Assembly (NCBI GenBank): GCA_902620265.1
Contig: CACNHI010000001.1
Location: 1-57,545, forward strand
Length of the DNA: 57,545 nt
Direction: 5' to 3'
Origin: an uncultured Pelagibacteraceae bacterium
GTDB taxonomy: Bacteria; Pseudomonadota; Alphaproteobacteria; Pelagibacterales; Pelagibacteraceae
The notes beneath the pieces are model-generated. The model saw only the letters and a program-made list of their open reading frames with translations. It was not told where the DNA came from and did not search any database. Positions 1 to 9,343 of the stretch are shown here, one piece after another (position 1 is the first letter of the stretch; each line of letters opens with the position of its first letter). A program made the position numbers and the translations under genes.

Positions 1-262
1 GAAATACCATACCAACTTCCGCTCTGACTTGTTCAATATTTTTTGTATTCTCAGAAAGTTCAGTACCATCAACTATTATAGTACCTTTTTGATGCTCTTC
101 TAACCTGTTAATACATCTAATTAAAGTTGACTTACCTGATCCAGAGGGACCACAAACAACGATTTTTTGTTTAGCTGAAACATCAAGATTTATATCTTTT
201 AAAACCTGAAAATCTCCAAACCATTTGTTTACATTTTCAATTTTAATTATTGGTTCAGACAT
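1..262 (-). CDS. aapP: Amino-acid ABC transporter ATP-binding subunit (5' part; runs off the window edge)
   Basis: My translation from ATG at 262: MSEPIIKIENVNKWFGDFQVLKDINL...VVCGPSGSGKSTLIRCINRLE...VGMVF. Has a Walker A motif and follows aapM. Confidence 0.9.
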   Translation of the reverse strand, partial: MSEPIIKIENVNKWFGDFQVLKDINLDVSAKQKIVVCGPSGSGKSTLIRCINRLEEHQKGTIIVDGTELSENTKNIEQVRAEVGMVF

Positions 263-263
263 T

Positions 264-1535
264 TTATCTTTCAGTTTTATATTTCGCTTCTAGATTATAA
301 CTATATTTGCTCATAGCATAGCAAATTATCCAGAAAATTATAGCAGCAAATATATATCCTTCCATTGCAAATCCTAACCATTTTGGATTTGTTTTTGCTA
401 AAGCTAACATTCCAGCTAATTCTGCTAATCCAACAACAAAAATCAAAGGAGTATCTTTAACAAGTGCTAAAAATGTATTGCATATTCCAGGAATTACTAA
501 TTTTAAAGCTTGGGGTAAAATTACAAATATGTGCATCTTCCAATATCCCATTCCCAAAGATTTAGCAGCATCATATTGACCTCTTGGAAGTGCTTGCAAA
601 CCGCCTCTTATAACTTCAGCACAATAAGCTCCTTCAAATAAGGTAATAGCTATAATTACCCTTACAAGTTTATCCATAAAGAAATCTTCAGGCAAAAACA
701 TAGGAAACATAACCGAAGACATAAATAATACGGTTATCAGAGGAACGCCTCGCCAAAACTCAATATAACCAATTGATATGTATCTTATCATTGGAAGACT
801 TGATCGCCTACCTAACGCTAAAACCATACCTAAAGGGAAACAGAAAATTAAACAGAAAAAAGATACAATAAATGTTAAAGATAAACCTCCCCACGCACCT
901 GTTTCGACCCAAACTAAACCGAATGCACCACCAGAGATTAGATAATATATAACTAAAAATGCAATTATTGGATAAATAATTACGTAATATAGCGCTAAAT
1001 ATTTTTTTAAATTATCTCTTAAGAAAAAACCAAAAAATCCTAAAGCAATAACGAGAATGAATGCTAGATTTATCCTCCAATGTAAATCATTTGGGTACAT
1101 TCCATACATAAAACGTCTGAACCAAACTTTAACATAAGTCCAACAAGCACCAGTCCCCGTGCAGGCTTCTTTAGTATCTCCAGAAATATTTGCATCAAAT
1201 ATCATCCAGCTTAAAGATGGAGGAGTTGCTTTAATAATCGCAAAAATAATAAGCAGTGTTAATATTGCGTTAAAATTATTAGTATTAATATTTTTATTAA
1301 CAATATCTAAGCTTTTAATTCCAGAATATTCAGTTCTAATGAAATTCAATCCTACAAAACCAAGAATTAAAGGAAGAAAGATACTTAAAATTCCAGGTAA
1401 AAAAGATGTAACATTTATTTTTAAAAATGCGTTTATTGCTACGTCTAATATACTTATAGAAAATAAGAAAAGACCTAAATATAAAAAATAATAGAAATTC
1501 TGCTTATTTGATTTTAGAAAATTTAAACTATTCAT
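264..1535 (-). CDS. aapM: General L-amino-acid ABC transporter permease (AapM/BztC/YhdY)
   Basis: C-x-G-x-GACW, WGGLSLT, IEFWRGVPLI, EVIRGGLQALPRGQYDAA (EAA loop); operon context. Confidence 0.92.
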   Translation of the reverse strand: MNSLNFLKSNKQNFYYFLYLGLFLFSISILDVAINAFLKINVTSFLPGILSIFLPLILGFVGLNFIRTEYSGIKSLDIVNKNINTNNFNAILTLLIIFAIIKATPPSLSWMIFDANISGDTKEACTGTGACWTYVKVWFRRFMYGMYPNDLHWRINLAFILVIALGFFGFFLRDNLKKYLALYYVIIYPIIAFLVIYYLISGGAFGLVWVETGAWGGLSLTFIVSFFCLIFCFPLGMVLALGRRSSLPMIRYISIGYIEFWRGVPLITVLFMSSVMFPMFLPEDFFMDKLVRVIIAITLFEGAYCAEVIRGGLQALPRGQYDAAKSLGMGYWKMHIFVILPQALKLVIPGICNTFLALVKDTPLIFVVGLAELAGMLALAKTNPKWLGFAMEGYIFAAIIFWIICYAMSKYSYNLEAKYKTER

Positions 1536-2686
1536 TATTTTTCCTTAATTTCTATTTTTTTGTTATACCAATTCATTATTGCTGCAATTGCTAAGCTTAT
1601 AGATAAATAAGTAAGCATTGTTATAGATACTATTTCAATTGCCTTTCCAGTCTGCATTAATGCTGTACCAGCAAAAACTAATACCAAATCAGGGTAAGCA
1701 ATTGCTGCTGCTAAAGACGAATTTTTCGTTAAATTAAGATATTGATTGGTAGTAGGTGGAATTATAATTCTTAGAGCTTGTGGCATAACTACTAATTTTA
1801 ATATTTGATTAGGTGTTAAACCTACAGATGCAGCAGCCTCTTTTTGACCTTTACCAATACCTTGAATTCCAGCTCTGACACACTCGGCAACAAAAGTAGA
1901 AGTGTATAATGATAAAGCTAGAACTAAAGCAATTAGCTCGGGTGGTAAACCTATTCCACCATCAAATACATAAGAAGTTTTTGATAATTGTTTTAAAGCA
2001 GGAATTTCAAAATCTAACGATACACCTCCTATAAAAAACGTTAAAGCGGGTAGTACAAATATTAATCCGAGAGAAATATAAAAAACTGGAATTTGTTTTC
2101 CTTCATTCTCTTGAAGTTTTTTAGCATAAGTTGAGATTATAATAATAGAAATAATAACTGCTAAAATTGAATATAAGAAAATATCTAAATTTGTCCAAAT
2201 AAAAGATGGGATATAGTATCCCTTGATAGTCATGTATGTAACACCAAACCATGGTCCAGCTTTTTCTGGAACAGGAAGTGCTCTTAATGCTGCATAATAC
2301 CAAAAGAAAATTTGGAGTAATAATGGAATATTTCTAAAAAATTCAACGTACCAAGCTGCAGAATTTCTAAATAGATAATTTGAAGACAATCTTGCTACTC
2401 CAAATATTACGCCCAAAATTGTACAAAAAATTATACTTATAAACGATACAAGTAGTGTATTAAGCAATCCGACAAGATAAGCTCTAGCATATGAATGTGA
2501 TCCACTATACTCGATAAGAGAAAACTGAACATCAAAAGAGGATTCTTGTGTTAAAAAACCGAAACCAAAATCAATACCTCTATTATCCATATTGTTTTGA
2601 GCATTAAAGGTAAAAAAACCAAATATGCCTAAAACAAATAAAACTGTGATGATTTGAGGAAGAATTTTCTTGATTTTATTGTTCAT
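1535..2686 (-). CDS. aapQ: General L-amino-acid ABC transporter permease (AapQ/BztB/YhdX)
   Basis: GLLNTLLVS, YVEFFRNIPLLLQ, AECVRAGIQGIGKGQKEAA, KNSSLAAAIAYPDL. Confidence 0.92.
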   Translation of the reverse strand: MNNKIKKILPQIITVLFVLGIFGFFTFNAQNNMDNRGIDFGFGFLTQESSFDVQFSLIEYSGSHSYARAYLVGLLNTLLVSFISIIFCTILGVIFGVARLSSNYLFRNSAAWYVEFFRNIPLLLQIFFWYYAALRALPVPEKAGPWFGVTYMTIKGYYIPSFIWTNLDIFLYSILAVIISIIIISTYAKKLQENEGKQIPVFYISLGLIFVLPALTFFIGGVSLDFEIPALKQLSKTSYVFDGGIGLPPELIALVLALSLYTSTFVAECVRAGIQGIGKGQKEAAASVGLTPNQILKLVVMPQALRIIIPPTTNQYLNLTKNSSLAAAIAYPDLVLVFAGTALMQTGKAIEIVSITMLTYLSISLAIAAIMNWYNKKIEIKEK

Positions 2687-2700
2687 TAGAACGCGAATAT

Positions 2701-2733
2701 AAAAAAAAGGGCTAGAAAAATCTAGCCCTTTTT
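2701..2733 (-). terminator. Intrinsic terminator / stabilising hairpin between aapJ and aapQ
   Basis: Inverted repeat AAAAAGGGCTAGA-aaaa-TCTAGCCCTTTTT; on the - strand the GC stem is followed by a T8 tract, about 20 nt after the aapJ stop. Confidence 0.85.
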
Positions 2734-2752
2734 AAAGTATTTAAATCAAGAA

Positions 2753-3790
2753 TTATCTTGCTGGTGGTACGTATAAAATTCCACCTTTAGTCCAAAGTTG
2801 ATTTGGACCTCTATCAGGAAGGATACCTGGATCAGCTATATTTCTTTTATAGCTTTCACCGTAGTTTCCTACTTGCTTAATAATTCTTAAGCTCCAGTCA
2901 TTATCTAGACCAAAAGCTGCACCTAATTCACCCTCAGCACCAACAAGTCTTTTAATAGCTGGGTTATCTGAAGTTTTCATAGAGTCAGCGTTTGAAGAAG
3001 TAATTCCATACTCTTCAGCTTCGATCATAGTATTTAAAGACCAACGAACAATGTCTTCCCAAACAGCATCACCTTGTCTTACAACTGGTCCTAAAGGTTC
3101 TTTAGAAATAGTTTCTGGTAAAACCATGTGTTCGTCAGGGTTTTTCATTTTTGTTCTTTGAGCTGCTAATCCTGATTTATCAGTTGTGTAAGTATCACAT
3201 CTACCTGCATCATAAGCAGCAACAACTTCGTCAGCTTTTTCAAAAGCTACTGGTTCATATGAAATTCCTCTTGAATTAAAGAAATCTCTCATATTTAGCT
3301 CTGTTGTAGTACCAATGTTTGTACAAGCAGAAATACCATTTTTAAATTGGTTTACTGAAGTTATGCCAGAGTTTTTTCTTACCATGAAACCTTGTCCATC
3401 GTAGAAGTTAACTCCAACAAATGTAAGACCAATATCAGCATCTCTAGAAAGTGTCCAAGTTGTATTTCTTGATAAGATATCAATCTCACCAGAAGTTAGA
3501 GCAGTAAATCTTTCTTTAGCACTTAATGGAGTGAACTTAACTTTGTTCGCATCTCCAAGTACTGCAGCAGCAACAGCTCTACATACATCAACGTCAACAC
3601 CAGTCCAATTTCCAGACGCATCAGCATTTGAAAATCCTGGGAGACCCTGAGAAACACCACATCTTACAAAACCTTTCTTCTGAGTGTTTTTAAGAGTTTT
3701 TGATTTCTTTGCCATAACTTCTGTTGTAAATGCAAATAGCACTGCAAACATAGCTACGAAAGAAGTCAATTTTTTTATAACTTTAAACAT
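2753..3790 (-). CDS. aapJ: General L-amino-acid ABC transporter substrate-binding protein (AapJ/BztA/YhdW)
   Basis: Signal peptide; CGVSQGLPGFS, DVDVCRAVAAA, LSRNTTWT, ISKEPLGP, VGNYGE motifs; SD-like GAGGA upstream. Confidence 0.95.
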   Translation of the reverse strand: MFKVIKKLTSFVAMFAVLFAFTTEVMAKKSKTLKNTQKKGFVRCGVSQGLPGFSNADASGNWTGVDVDVCRAVAAAVLGDANKVKFTPLSAKERFTALTSGEIDILSRNTTWTLSRDADIGLTFVGVNFYDGQGFMVRKNSGITSVNQFKNGISACTNIGTTTELNMRDFFNSRGISYEPVAFEKADEVVAAYDAGRCDTYTTDKSGLAAQRTKMKNPDEHMVLPETISKEPLGPVVRQGDAVWEDIVRWSLNTMIEAEEYGITSSNADSMKTSDNPAIKRLVGAEGELGAAFGLDNDWSLRIIKQVGNYGESYKRNIADPGILPDRGPNQLWTKGGILYVPPAR

Positions 3791-3858
3791 ATATTCTTCC
3801 TCTTGTTTTTAAGTTTATTTGTTAACAAATAATTCAAAATTGTTTTTGAATTTCGATA

Positions 3859-3887
3859 AGTAAAGCATGATCTAAATCTCCCATCAA
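3859..3887 (-). promoter_or_regulatory. Putative sigma70 promoter of aapJ
   Basis: TTGATG-N17-TTTACT with extended -10 TG; predicted start about 3852, coinciding with the start of a hairpin. Confidence 0.45.
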
Positions 3888-3968
3888 TAATAAAATTTAT
3901 TTTTTTTTGATGATATTTTAATAGCTTTTCAAATAAAAAGGCTCAAATTTGACGTACATTAGTGTTAA

Positions 3969-5096
3969 TTATGAAATAATTGAGTCCAGTTTTTTAAAAT
4001 GTCTGAAATTAGTGTACTTCAAAGTATTTTTCTTGGCTTTTACCTTTTTTAAAAAATTCTCACTGTGATCCTCAAGTGCCCTAGATAAAGCCCCTTTTTT
4101 ATTGTTTTCAAATAACTTACCGGCATCACCATTTAAAAGAAATTCCTTTGGACCATTGGAACAATTTGATGAAATAATTGGAAGATTGCATAAAGCAGCC
4201 TCTATGATTACAAACCCAGGATCTTCCCATAATGAGGATAGGACATATATCGATGCATTTTTCATGTATGAATAAACATTAGCAGTATAATCTATGAGAT
4301 AAACTCTATCGTTTAACTTTTTTTTATTAATTAAATTTTGCAATTCTTTTTTTTGTTCACCCTCACCAATAATATAAAGGTCATAATTTTTGTTTGACTC
4401 AAAGAAATTAGAAATTTCGTAAATTAGATATTTAAAGTTTTTTTGGGGAGTCAGTCTTCCGACTGATAACAGAAATTTTCTATCAGTTTTTTTTTCAACT
4501 GTTTTGTATTTCAAATTAACGAATTTTTTTACATTAATTATAGCATCAGGAAGAAATATTAATTTTTTTTCAATTAAAAAATTTCTATTTTTTAAGTCAT
4601 TAATTAACTCAATTGAGGGACATGTAATTTTAAAGATTTTTTTTGTAGTAATCATCCAAAATATTTTTCTTAAAAAATTTAATTTTGGTAAACCAGATAT
4701 TCTTAAAATTACCTTAGATTTTGGTTTTAAAAAGTAATTTATTAATAATGGTAGCGATGTGATTAAATGAATTATTAAATAATCTGGCTTTTGTTTATTT
4801 AATAATTTGATTAGCGGGAAGAATGATAAAATAAAAATCAAAAAATATGATATTCTGCTTTGTATATATCCCTTTTTAGGTAAATATTTGAGATAACTAA
4901 AATTTAATTTAATAAGATTTAAGTTATTTTTTTTTATTTCATCTTCATATTCATCCCACTCACCACAAACATTTATTATACCAACGTTATTATCTCGTAG
5001 ACTATATCTTGAATATGCTATTGCTGAATTAAGAGTTGATTTTACTGTGCCAACATTAGAAATAAATGGAGACCAATATAAAATTTTTTTTTTCAT
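3969..5096 (-). CDS. GT-B fold glycosyltransferase family 4
   Basis: SVGRLTPQKN, IIGEGE, SSLWEDPGFVIIEA (E-x7-E), NGPKE motifs. Confidence 0.88.
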   Translation of the reverse strand: MKKKILYWSPFISNVGTVKSTLNSAIAYSRYSLRDNNVGIINVCGEWDEYEDEIKKNNLNLIKLNFSYLKYLPKKGYIQSRISYFLIFILSFFPLIKLLNKQKPDYLIIHLITSLPLLINYFLKPKSKVILRISGLPKLNFLRKIFWMITTKKIFKITCPSIELINDLKNRNFLIEKKLIFLPDAIINVKKFVNLKYKTVEKKTDRKFLLSVGRLTPQKNFKYLIYEISNFFESNKNYDLYIIGEGEQKKELQNLINKKKLNDRVYLIDYTANVYSYMKNASIYVLSSLWEDPGFVIIEAALCNLPIISSNCSNGPKEFLLNGDAGKLFENNKKGALSRALEDHSENFLKKVKAKKNTLKYTNFRHFKKLDSIIS

Positions 5097-5105
5097 TCAA
5101 AAATA

Positions 5106-5182
5106 TGGCGCGCCCTGAAGGATTCGAACCTCCGACCCACGGTTTAGAAAACCGTTGCTCTATCCAGCTGAGCTAAGGGCGC
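5106..5182 (-). tRNA. tRNA-Arg(UCU)
   Basis: Reverse complement GCGCCCTTAGCTCAGCTGGATAGAGCAACGGTTTTCTAAACCGTGGGTCGGAGGTTCGAATCCTTCAGGGCGCGCCA; anticodon loop TTTCTAA, TTCGAA T-loop, encoded CCA. Confidence 0.97.
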
Positions 5183-5207
5183 AATTTAATATACTTATAT
5201 AAGTAAA

Positions 5208-6614
5208 CTAATTTTTAAAAAAGAATTTTTTAAATATAATAAGAATTGATAATAATTCAACTCTCCCGATAATCATAAATAATATTAAAAAATATTTTGT
5301 TAAATTACCTATTTCTTCAAAATCTATACTATTTGTACCTGTCATGTGTGAATTTACTGTATTCATAAGTGTCAATATCGATAGATTAAATGATTGTTCA
5401 AAAGATAGATTACTCATTGATATTACACTTGATAAAAATATAAGTGAAATAATAAATATTATAATCGACAAAAAATATTTATAAAAATCAGTTTTATCCA
5501 TAATTTTGTCTGAGAATGATAATTTATTTATAAACACATTTTTAGGTTTAGCATTAGAAATTATTTCATTAATGGAAAATTTAAATAAAGAAATAATTTT
5601 TAAAAAACGTAAACCTGAACTTGTTGAAAAAAAGGATCCACCAATAATGATTAAAATTATAAATATAAATGAGAGGTACTGAGGAGTGTTTTTTAATGAT
5701 ACACCAATATTTGAAACACAGCTTGCTATAGATAGAAAAATTATTGAAAAGTTTATTTCTTTATCAATTAGCAGAAAAAAAGCAAAAATTACAATTATCA
5801 AATAGCCTATAAGATAAATGTCCTCTTGGATAAATTTAATTTCCTTCCTCCTATATACTGCTAAATTATATAAAAAAAATAAACTAAAAAAAGAGAGTAA
5901 CATTAGTGCAGAAAAAATAATAATTTTGGTTTGACTATTGAGAATTGATTCAAGATTATTAACGGGTAAAAAACCACCTGATGATATTAAAGTCATTGAT
6001 AAATTTAGTGACACAAATGATCTAAAACTAAATAAGTTTAAAATAATAAAAATTATAACAGTTAAAAAAGAGTAAAAAATGAATATTTTAAGAGACTGTT
6101 TAAAAATTTCAGCCGTATTAAAAGCTAAAAAATTAGTTAATGTCTTTTTAAGATTATCATCAAAAACATCAATTAATAAGATTATTGAAAACAAAAAATA
6201 TAAACCTCCTAACCATTGAGATGATGAACGCCAAAGTATTAAGCTTTCATCCAAATGCTTAATATTTTCAAATACTGTAAATCCTGTAGAAGTAAAACCT
6301 GATACTGACTCAAAATAGGCATTTGCAAAGGTTATGTTATAAATGCTTAAATAATATGGTAATGCTATAAATAATGGTAAAATAAAATAGCCTATAATTA
6401 CTGAGAAAATTTTTGTAAAAATACTTATCTTTGTCGTATTCTTTTTTAAAAAAAAGAAACTTAATAAAGGTAATATAGAGACAAGAAAAGTATATAAGTA
6501 AATATCTACATTTAGGTATAAATCAAAATAATATGAATAAAGGATATTCAAAAAACACAGAAAGCAAATTAAAATATTGAAAAATCTTAAATAATAAATA
6601 CTGAAATTAAGCAT
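5208..6614 (-). CDS. trkH: Trk-type cation uptake membrane protein (divergent TrkH)
   Basis: FESVSGFTSTG, WRSSSQWLGG, MIIGRVE motifs; polytopic; follows trkA. Confidence 0.85.
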   Translation of the reverse strand: MLNFSIYYLRFFNILICFLCFLNILYSYYFDLYLNVDIYLYTFLVSILPLLSFFFLKKNTTKISIFTKIFSVIIGYFILPLFIALPYYLSIYNITFANAYFESVSGFTSTGFTVFENIKHLDESLILWRSSSQWLGGLYFLFSIILLIDVFDDNLKKTLTNFLAFNTAEIFKQSLKIFIFYSFLTVIIFIILNLFSFRSFVSLNLSMTLISSGGFLPVNNLESILNSQTKIIIFSALMLLSFFSLFFLYNLAVYRRKEIKFIQEDIYLIGYLIIVIFAFFLLIDKEINFSIIFLSIASCVSNIGVSLKNTPQYLSFIFIILIIIGGSFFSTSSGLRFLKIISLFKFSINEIISNAKPKNVFINKLSFSDKIMDKTDFYKYFLSIIIFIISLIFLSSVISMSNLSFEQSFNLSILTLMNTVNSHMTGTNSIDFEEIGNLTKYFLILFMIIGRVELLSILIIFKKFFFKN

Positions 6615-7987
6615 TAAATTGAGCTTATACGAAACATATTCTCAACAACCGAAATTTGGTCATTTTTAGCGAGAAACACTACTTTATCATCTTTTTGAAA
6701 AACAAAACTTGAACGTGGAATAATTATGTCATCTCCTCTCAAAATAGCTCCAATTCTTATTTCGTCAGGTAAATTTGCATTTTTTAACTCTTTGTTAATT
6801 AATTCTGAAGTTTCAATTATTTCTGCCTCAATTACCTCATACTCACCGTTCAGTATACTATAAGCTGTCTCGATAGTTCCCTTATGAACATGCTTCAATA
6901 TACTTGAAACAGTGCTCATCCTTGGGTCTATAAGATCGTCTATTTTTAATGAGGATTGAAGCAATGAATAATTAGATTTATTTGTTAATGCTATTGTTTT
7001 TTTATTTTTTGAAAACTTTTCAACTAAAACACTAATCATTAAGTTATCCTCGTCATCGTTTGTAAGTGCTAAAACTGTCTCAATTTCATCGAGATTTGCC
7101 TCTGATAGAACATCTTCATCTAAAGCATCACCATTTATAATAATTGAATTGTTCAATTCATTTGCGATAAATTCTGCTCTCTCTTTATTTTTTTCGATAA
7201 TTTTAATTCTGGCTGATTCGAAGGTCTCTTCGATATTTTTTGCTAAATTATAACCAATATTACCTCCACCTATGATTAATATCTTACTCGATATTTTTTC
7301 GTTATGTCCAAAGGCTATAAGCGTCTTTGCCATTTGGGAAGAGTTTATTATTACGTAAGCCTTATCATCCTTTTCCATAACATCATTTTTTTTTAAAATA
7401 ATAAACTTTTCATTTCTGATGACCCCTAAAATATTTGCTTCTAAATCTGGAAACTTTTTAGTTAATTCATTTAATTTTATGTTTTTAATAGGACAATTTT
7501 CCTCTATTAAAATCTCTAAAAGTCTTATTTTATTGTCAGCAAATGGAATATTATCAAGTGCACCAGGTGCCTCTAGTTTTCTCAATAAAGATTTTGCAAT
7601 CTCAAGCTCAGGTGAAATTATCACATCTATAGGAAGATTATCTTTGTTGTATAATTTACTAAATTTTGGCTCTAGGTAATTTTGTGATCTTATCCTAGCA
7701 ATTTTTTTTGATATTTTAAAAGTGGTATAAGCAATTTGACATATAAGCATATTAATTTCATCATTTCTTGTCACTGCTATTATCATGTCGGCGTCAGCAC
7801 CATTGGCTTTTTCTAAAATTGAGGGATAGGTTGCTTTACCAACAATAGCATTCACATCTAAAGAGTCTTTGATTTTTTGGATATCTTCACTCGATTGATC
7901 AACCACAGTAATAGAGTGGTCTTGTTCACTTAATAGCTTAGCTATAGTGAAACCAACTCTTCCTGCACCGCAAATTATTATATTCAT
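6614..7987 (-). CDS. trkA: Trk system NAD-binding RCK protein
   Basis: Two RCK domains (GAGRVG and GGGNIG); ISPELE. Confidence 0.95.
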   Translation of the reverse strand: MNIIICGAGRVGFTIAKLLSEQDHSITVVDQSSEDIQKIKDSLDVNAIVGKATYPSILEKANGADADMIIAVTRNDEINMLICQIAYTTFKISKKIARIRSQNYLEPKFSKLYNKDNLPIDVIISPELEIAKSLLRKLEAPGALDNIPFADNKIRLLEILIEENCPIKNIKLNELTKKFPDLEANILGVIRNEKFIILKKNDVMEKDDKAYVIINSSQMAKTLIAFGHNEKISSKILIIGGGNIGYNLAKNIEETFESARIKIIEKNKERAEFIANELNNSIIINGDALDEDVLSEANLDEIETVLALTNDDEDNLMISVLVEKFSKNKKTIALTNKSNYSLLQSSLKIDDLIDPRMSTVSSILKHVHKGTIETAYSILNGEYEVIEAEIIETSELINKELKNANLPDEIRIGAILRGDDIIIPRSSFVFQKDDKVVFLAKNDQISVVENMFRISSI

Positions 7988-9342
7988 TAATTCAGATCTT
8001 TTATATTAAGCCCTTTTAATTTTCTGTGTAATGCTGATCTTTCCATTCCAATAAATTTAGCCATCTTAGATATATTTCCTCCAAATTTTTTTAATTGAGA
8101 TGATAAATACTCTTTTTCAAAATTTTCTCTAGCTTCTTTTAATGGTACAGATAAAGATTTTTCATGAAACACATTTTCACCTTCTGAAATTTTTAATGAC
8201 TCTTTTATTATACTAAATATCTTTTCAGGACTATCTGGTGATAGTATAGCTATTCTTTCTATCAAGTTTCTTAATTCCCTAACATTACCAGGCCAAGAAT
8301 AATCAATTAAATTATGGTTATTTGGATCAATAACAAATTTTTTAAGATTATAATTTTCAGCAATTTTTTCTGAAAAGTATTTAATTAATAAAGGTATATC
8401 TTGAACTCTTTTATTTAAGGGTTCAATGTTAATTTGAAATACATTTAATCTATGGAATAAGTCTTCTCTAAAATTTCCTTGAGAAATTTCATAATTAATA
8501 TCCGTAGAAGTAGAACATATTATTCTAACATCAACTTTTATATCATGATTCCCATTTATTCTTTTAAATTTTTGGTCTGTTAGAACTCTTAAAATTTTCG
8601 ATTGTGTTTCTAAAGGTATTTCGGAAACCTCATCAATCAAAAGAATTCCTCCTGAGGATTTTTCTAGAGCGCCATAAGAGATTGATCCATCTTCCTTTTC
8701 TTCTCCAAATAATTCCTGTTCGTATTTTTTTACATCCAATAAAGCTCCGTTAAGTATTATAAAAGGCTTATTTTTTCTATTTGAAATTTTATGAATTTTA
8801 CGAGCTATCAATTCTTTACCAGATCCAGTTGGTCCGCAAATAAAGACTCTTGACTCAGTAGTTGATACTTTTTGTATCTGATCATTTATTTTATTTATAT
8901 TGTTGCTTGAACCAATTAGGTCAAATGAGTGAAAAAGTTTAGTTTCTAGATATTTATTCTCTCTAATTAAGTTATAATTTTCTGATGCCCTTTTTATAAA
9001 GTTCATTAATCTTTCTTTATCAAACGGTTTTTGTATAAATTCAAATGCTCCTGATTTAAGCGATTTTACAGCCATTTCTATATTCGCATGCCCAGAAATA
9101 ATGATTACAGGTATATCTTTATTTTTTTGTTTGATGTGATTAAGTAGCTCAATTCCATCATTGTCACCCTTATCTAATTTAACATCTATAATAGCTACTT
9201 CAGGTAACTTTTTATCAATTTCTTTTAATGCCTGATTATAATTTGCGGCAACTCTAGTTTTATAACCAGCATCGGAAATAAGGTCATTTAAAATATTTCT
9301 TATATCAGGGTTATCATCTATAATTAAAATTTCTGTAGACAT
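7987..9342 (-). CDS. ntrX: NtrX response regulator (REC + AAA+ + Fis HTH)
   Basis: REC domain (IDD, D, ISGHANIEMAV, KPF); GPTGSGKE; LIDEV; WPGNVREL; MERSALHRKLK; downstream of ntrY. Confidence 0.93.
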   Translation of the reverse strand: MSTEILIIDDNPDIRNILNDLISDAGYKTRVAANYNQALKEIDKKLPEVAIIDVKLDKGDNDGIELLNHIKQKNKDIPVIIISGHANIEMAVKSLKSGAFEFIQKPFDKERLMNFIKRASENYNLIRENKYLETKLFHSFDLIGSSNNINKINDQIQKVSTTESRVFICGPTGSGKELIARKIHKISNRKNKPFIILNGALLDVKKYEQELFGEEKEDGSISYGALEKSSGGILLIDEVSEIPLETQSKILRVLTDQKFKRINGNHDIKVDVRIICSTSTDINYEISQGNFREDLFHRLNVFQINIEPLNKRVQDIPLLIKYFSEKIAENYNLKKFVIDPNNHNLIDYSWPGNVRELRNLIERIAILSPDSPEKIFSIIKESLKISEGENVFHEKSLSVPLKEARENFEKEYLSSQLKKFGGNISKMAKFIGMERSALHRKLKGLNIKDLN

Positions 9343-9343
9343 T

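Noticed and set aside
5084-5093. A10 tract right after the glycosyltransferase start codon as a phase-variation switch
   Set aside because: Equally long A/T runs occur in essential genes here (dxr, uppS, lolD), so they reflect base composition.
3900-5182. Prophage or integrative element at tRNA-Arg
   Set aside because: No integrase, phage genes or attachment-site duplication seen.
5192-5205. 14-bp palindrome TACTTATATAAGTA upstream of the tRNA
   Set aside because: Nearly all A/T, expected by chance, and no second copy noticed.
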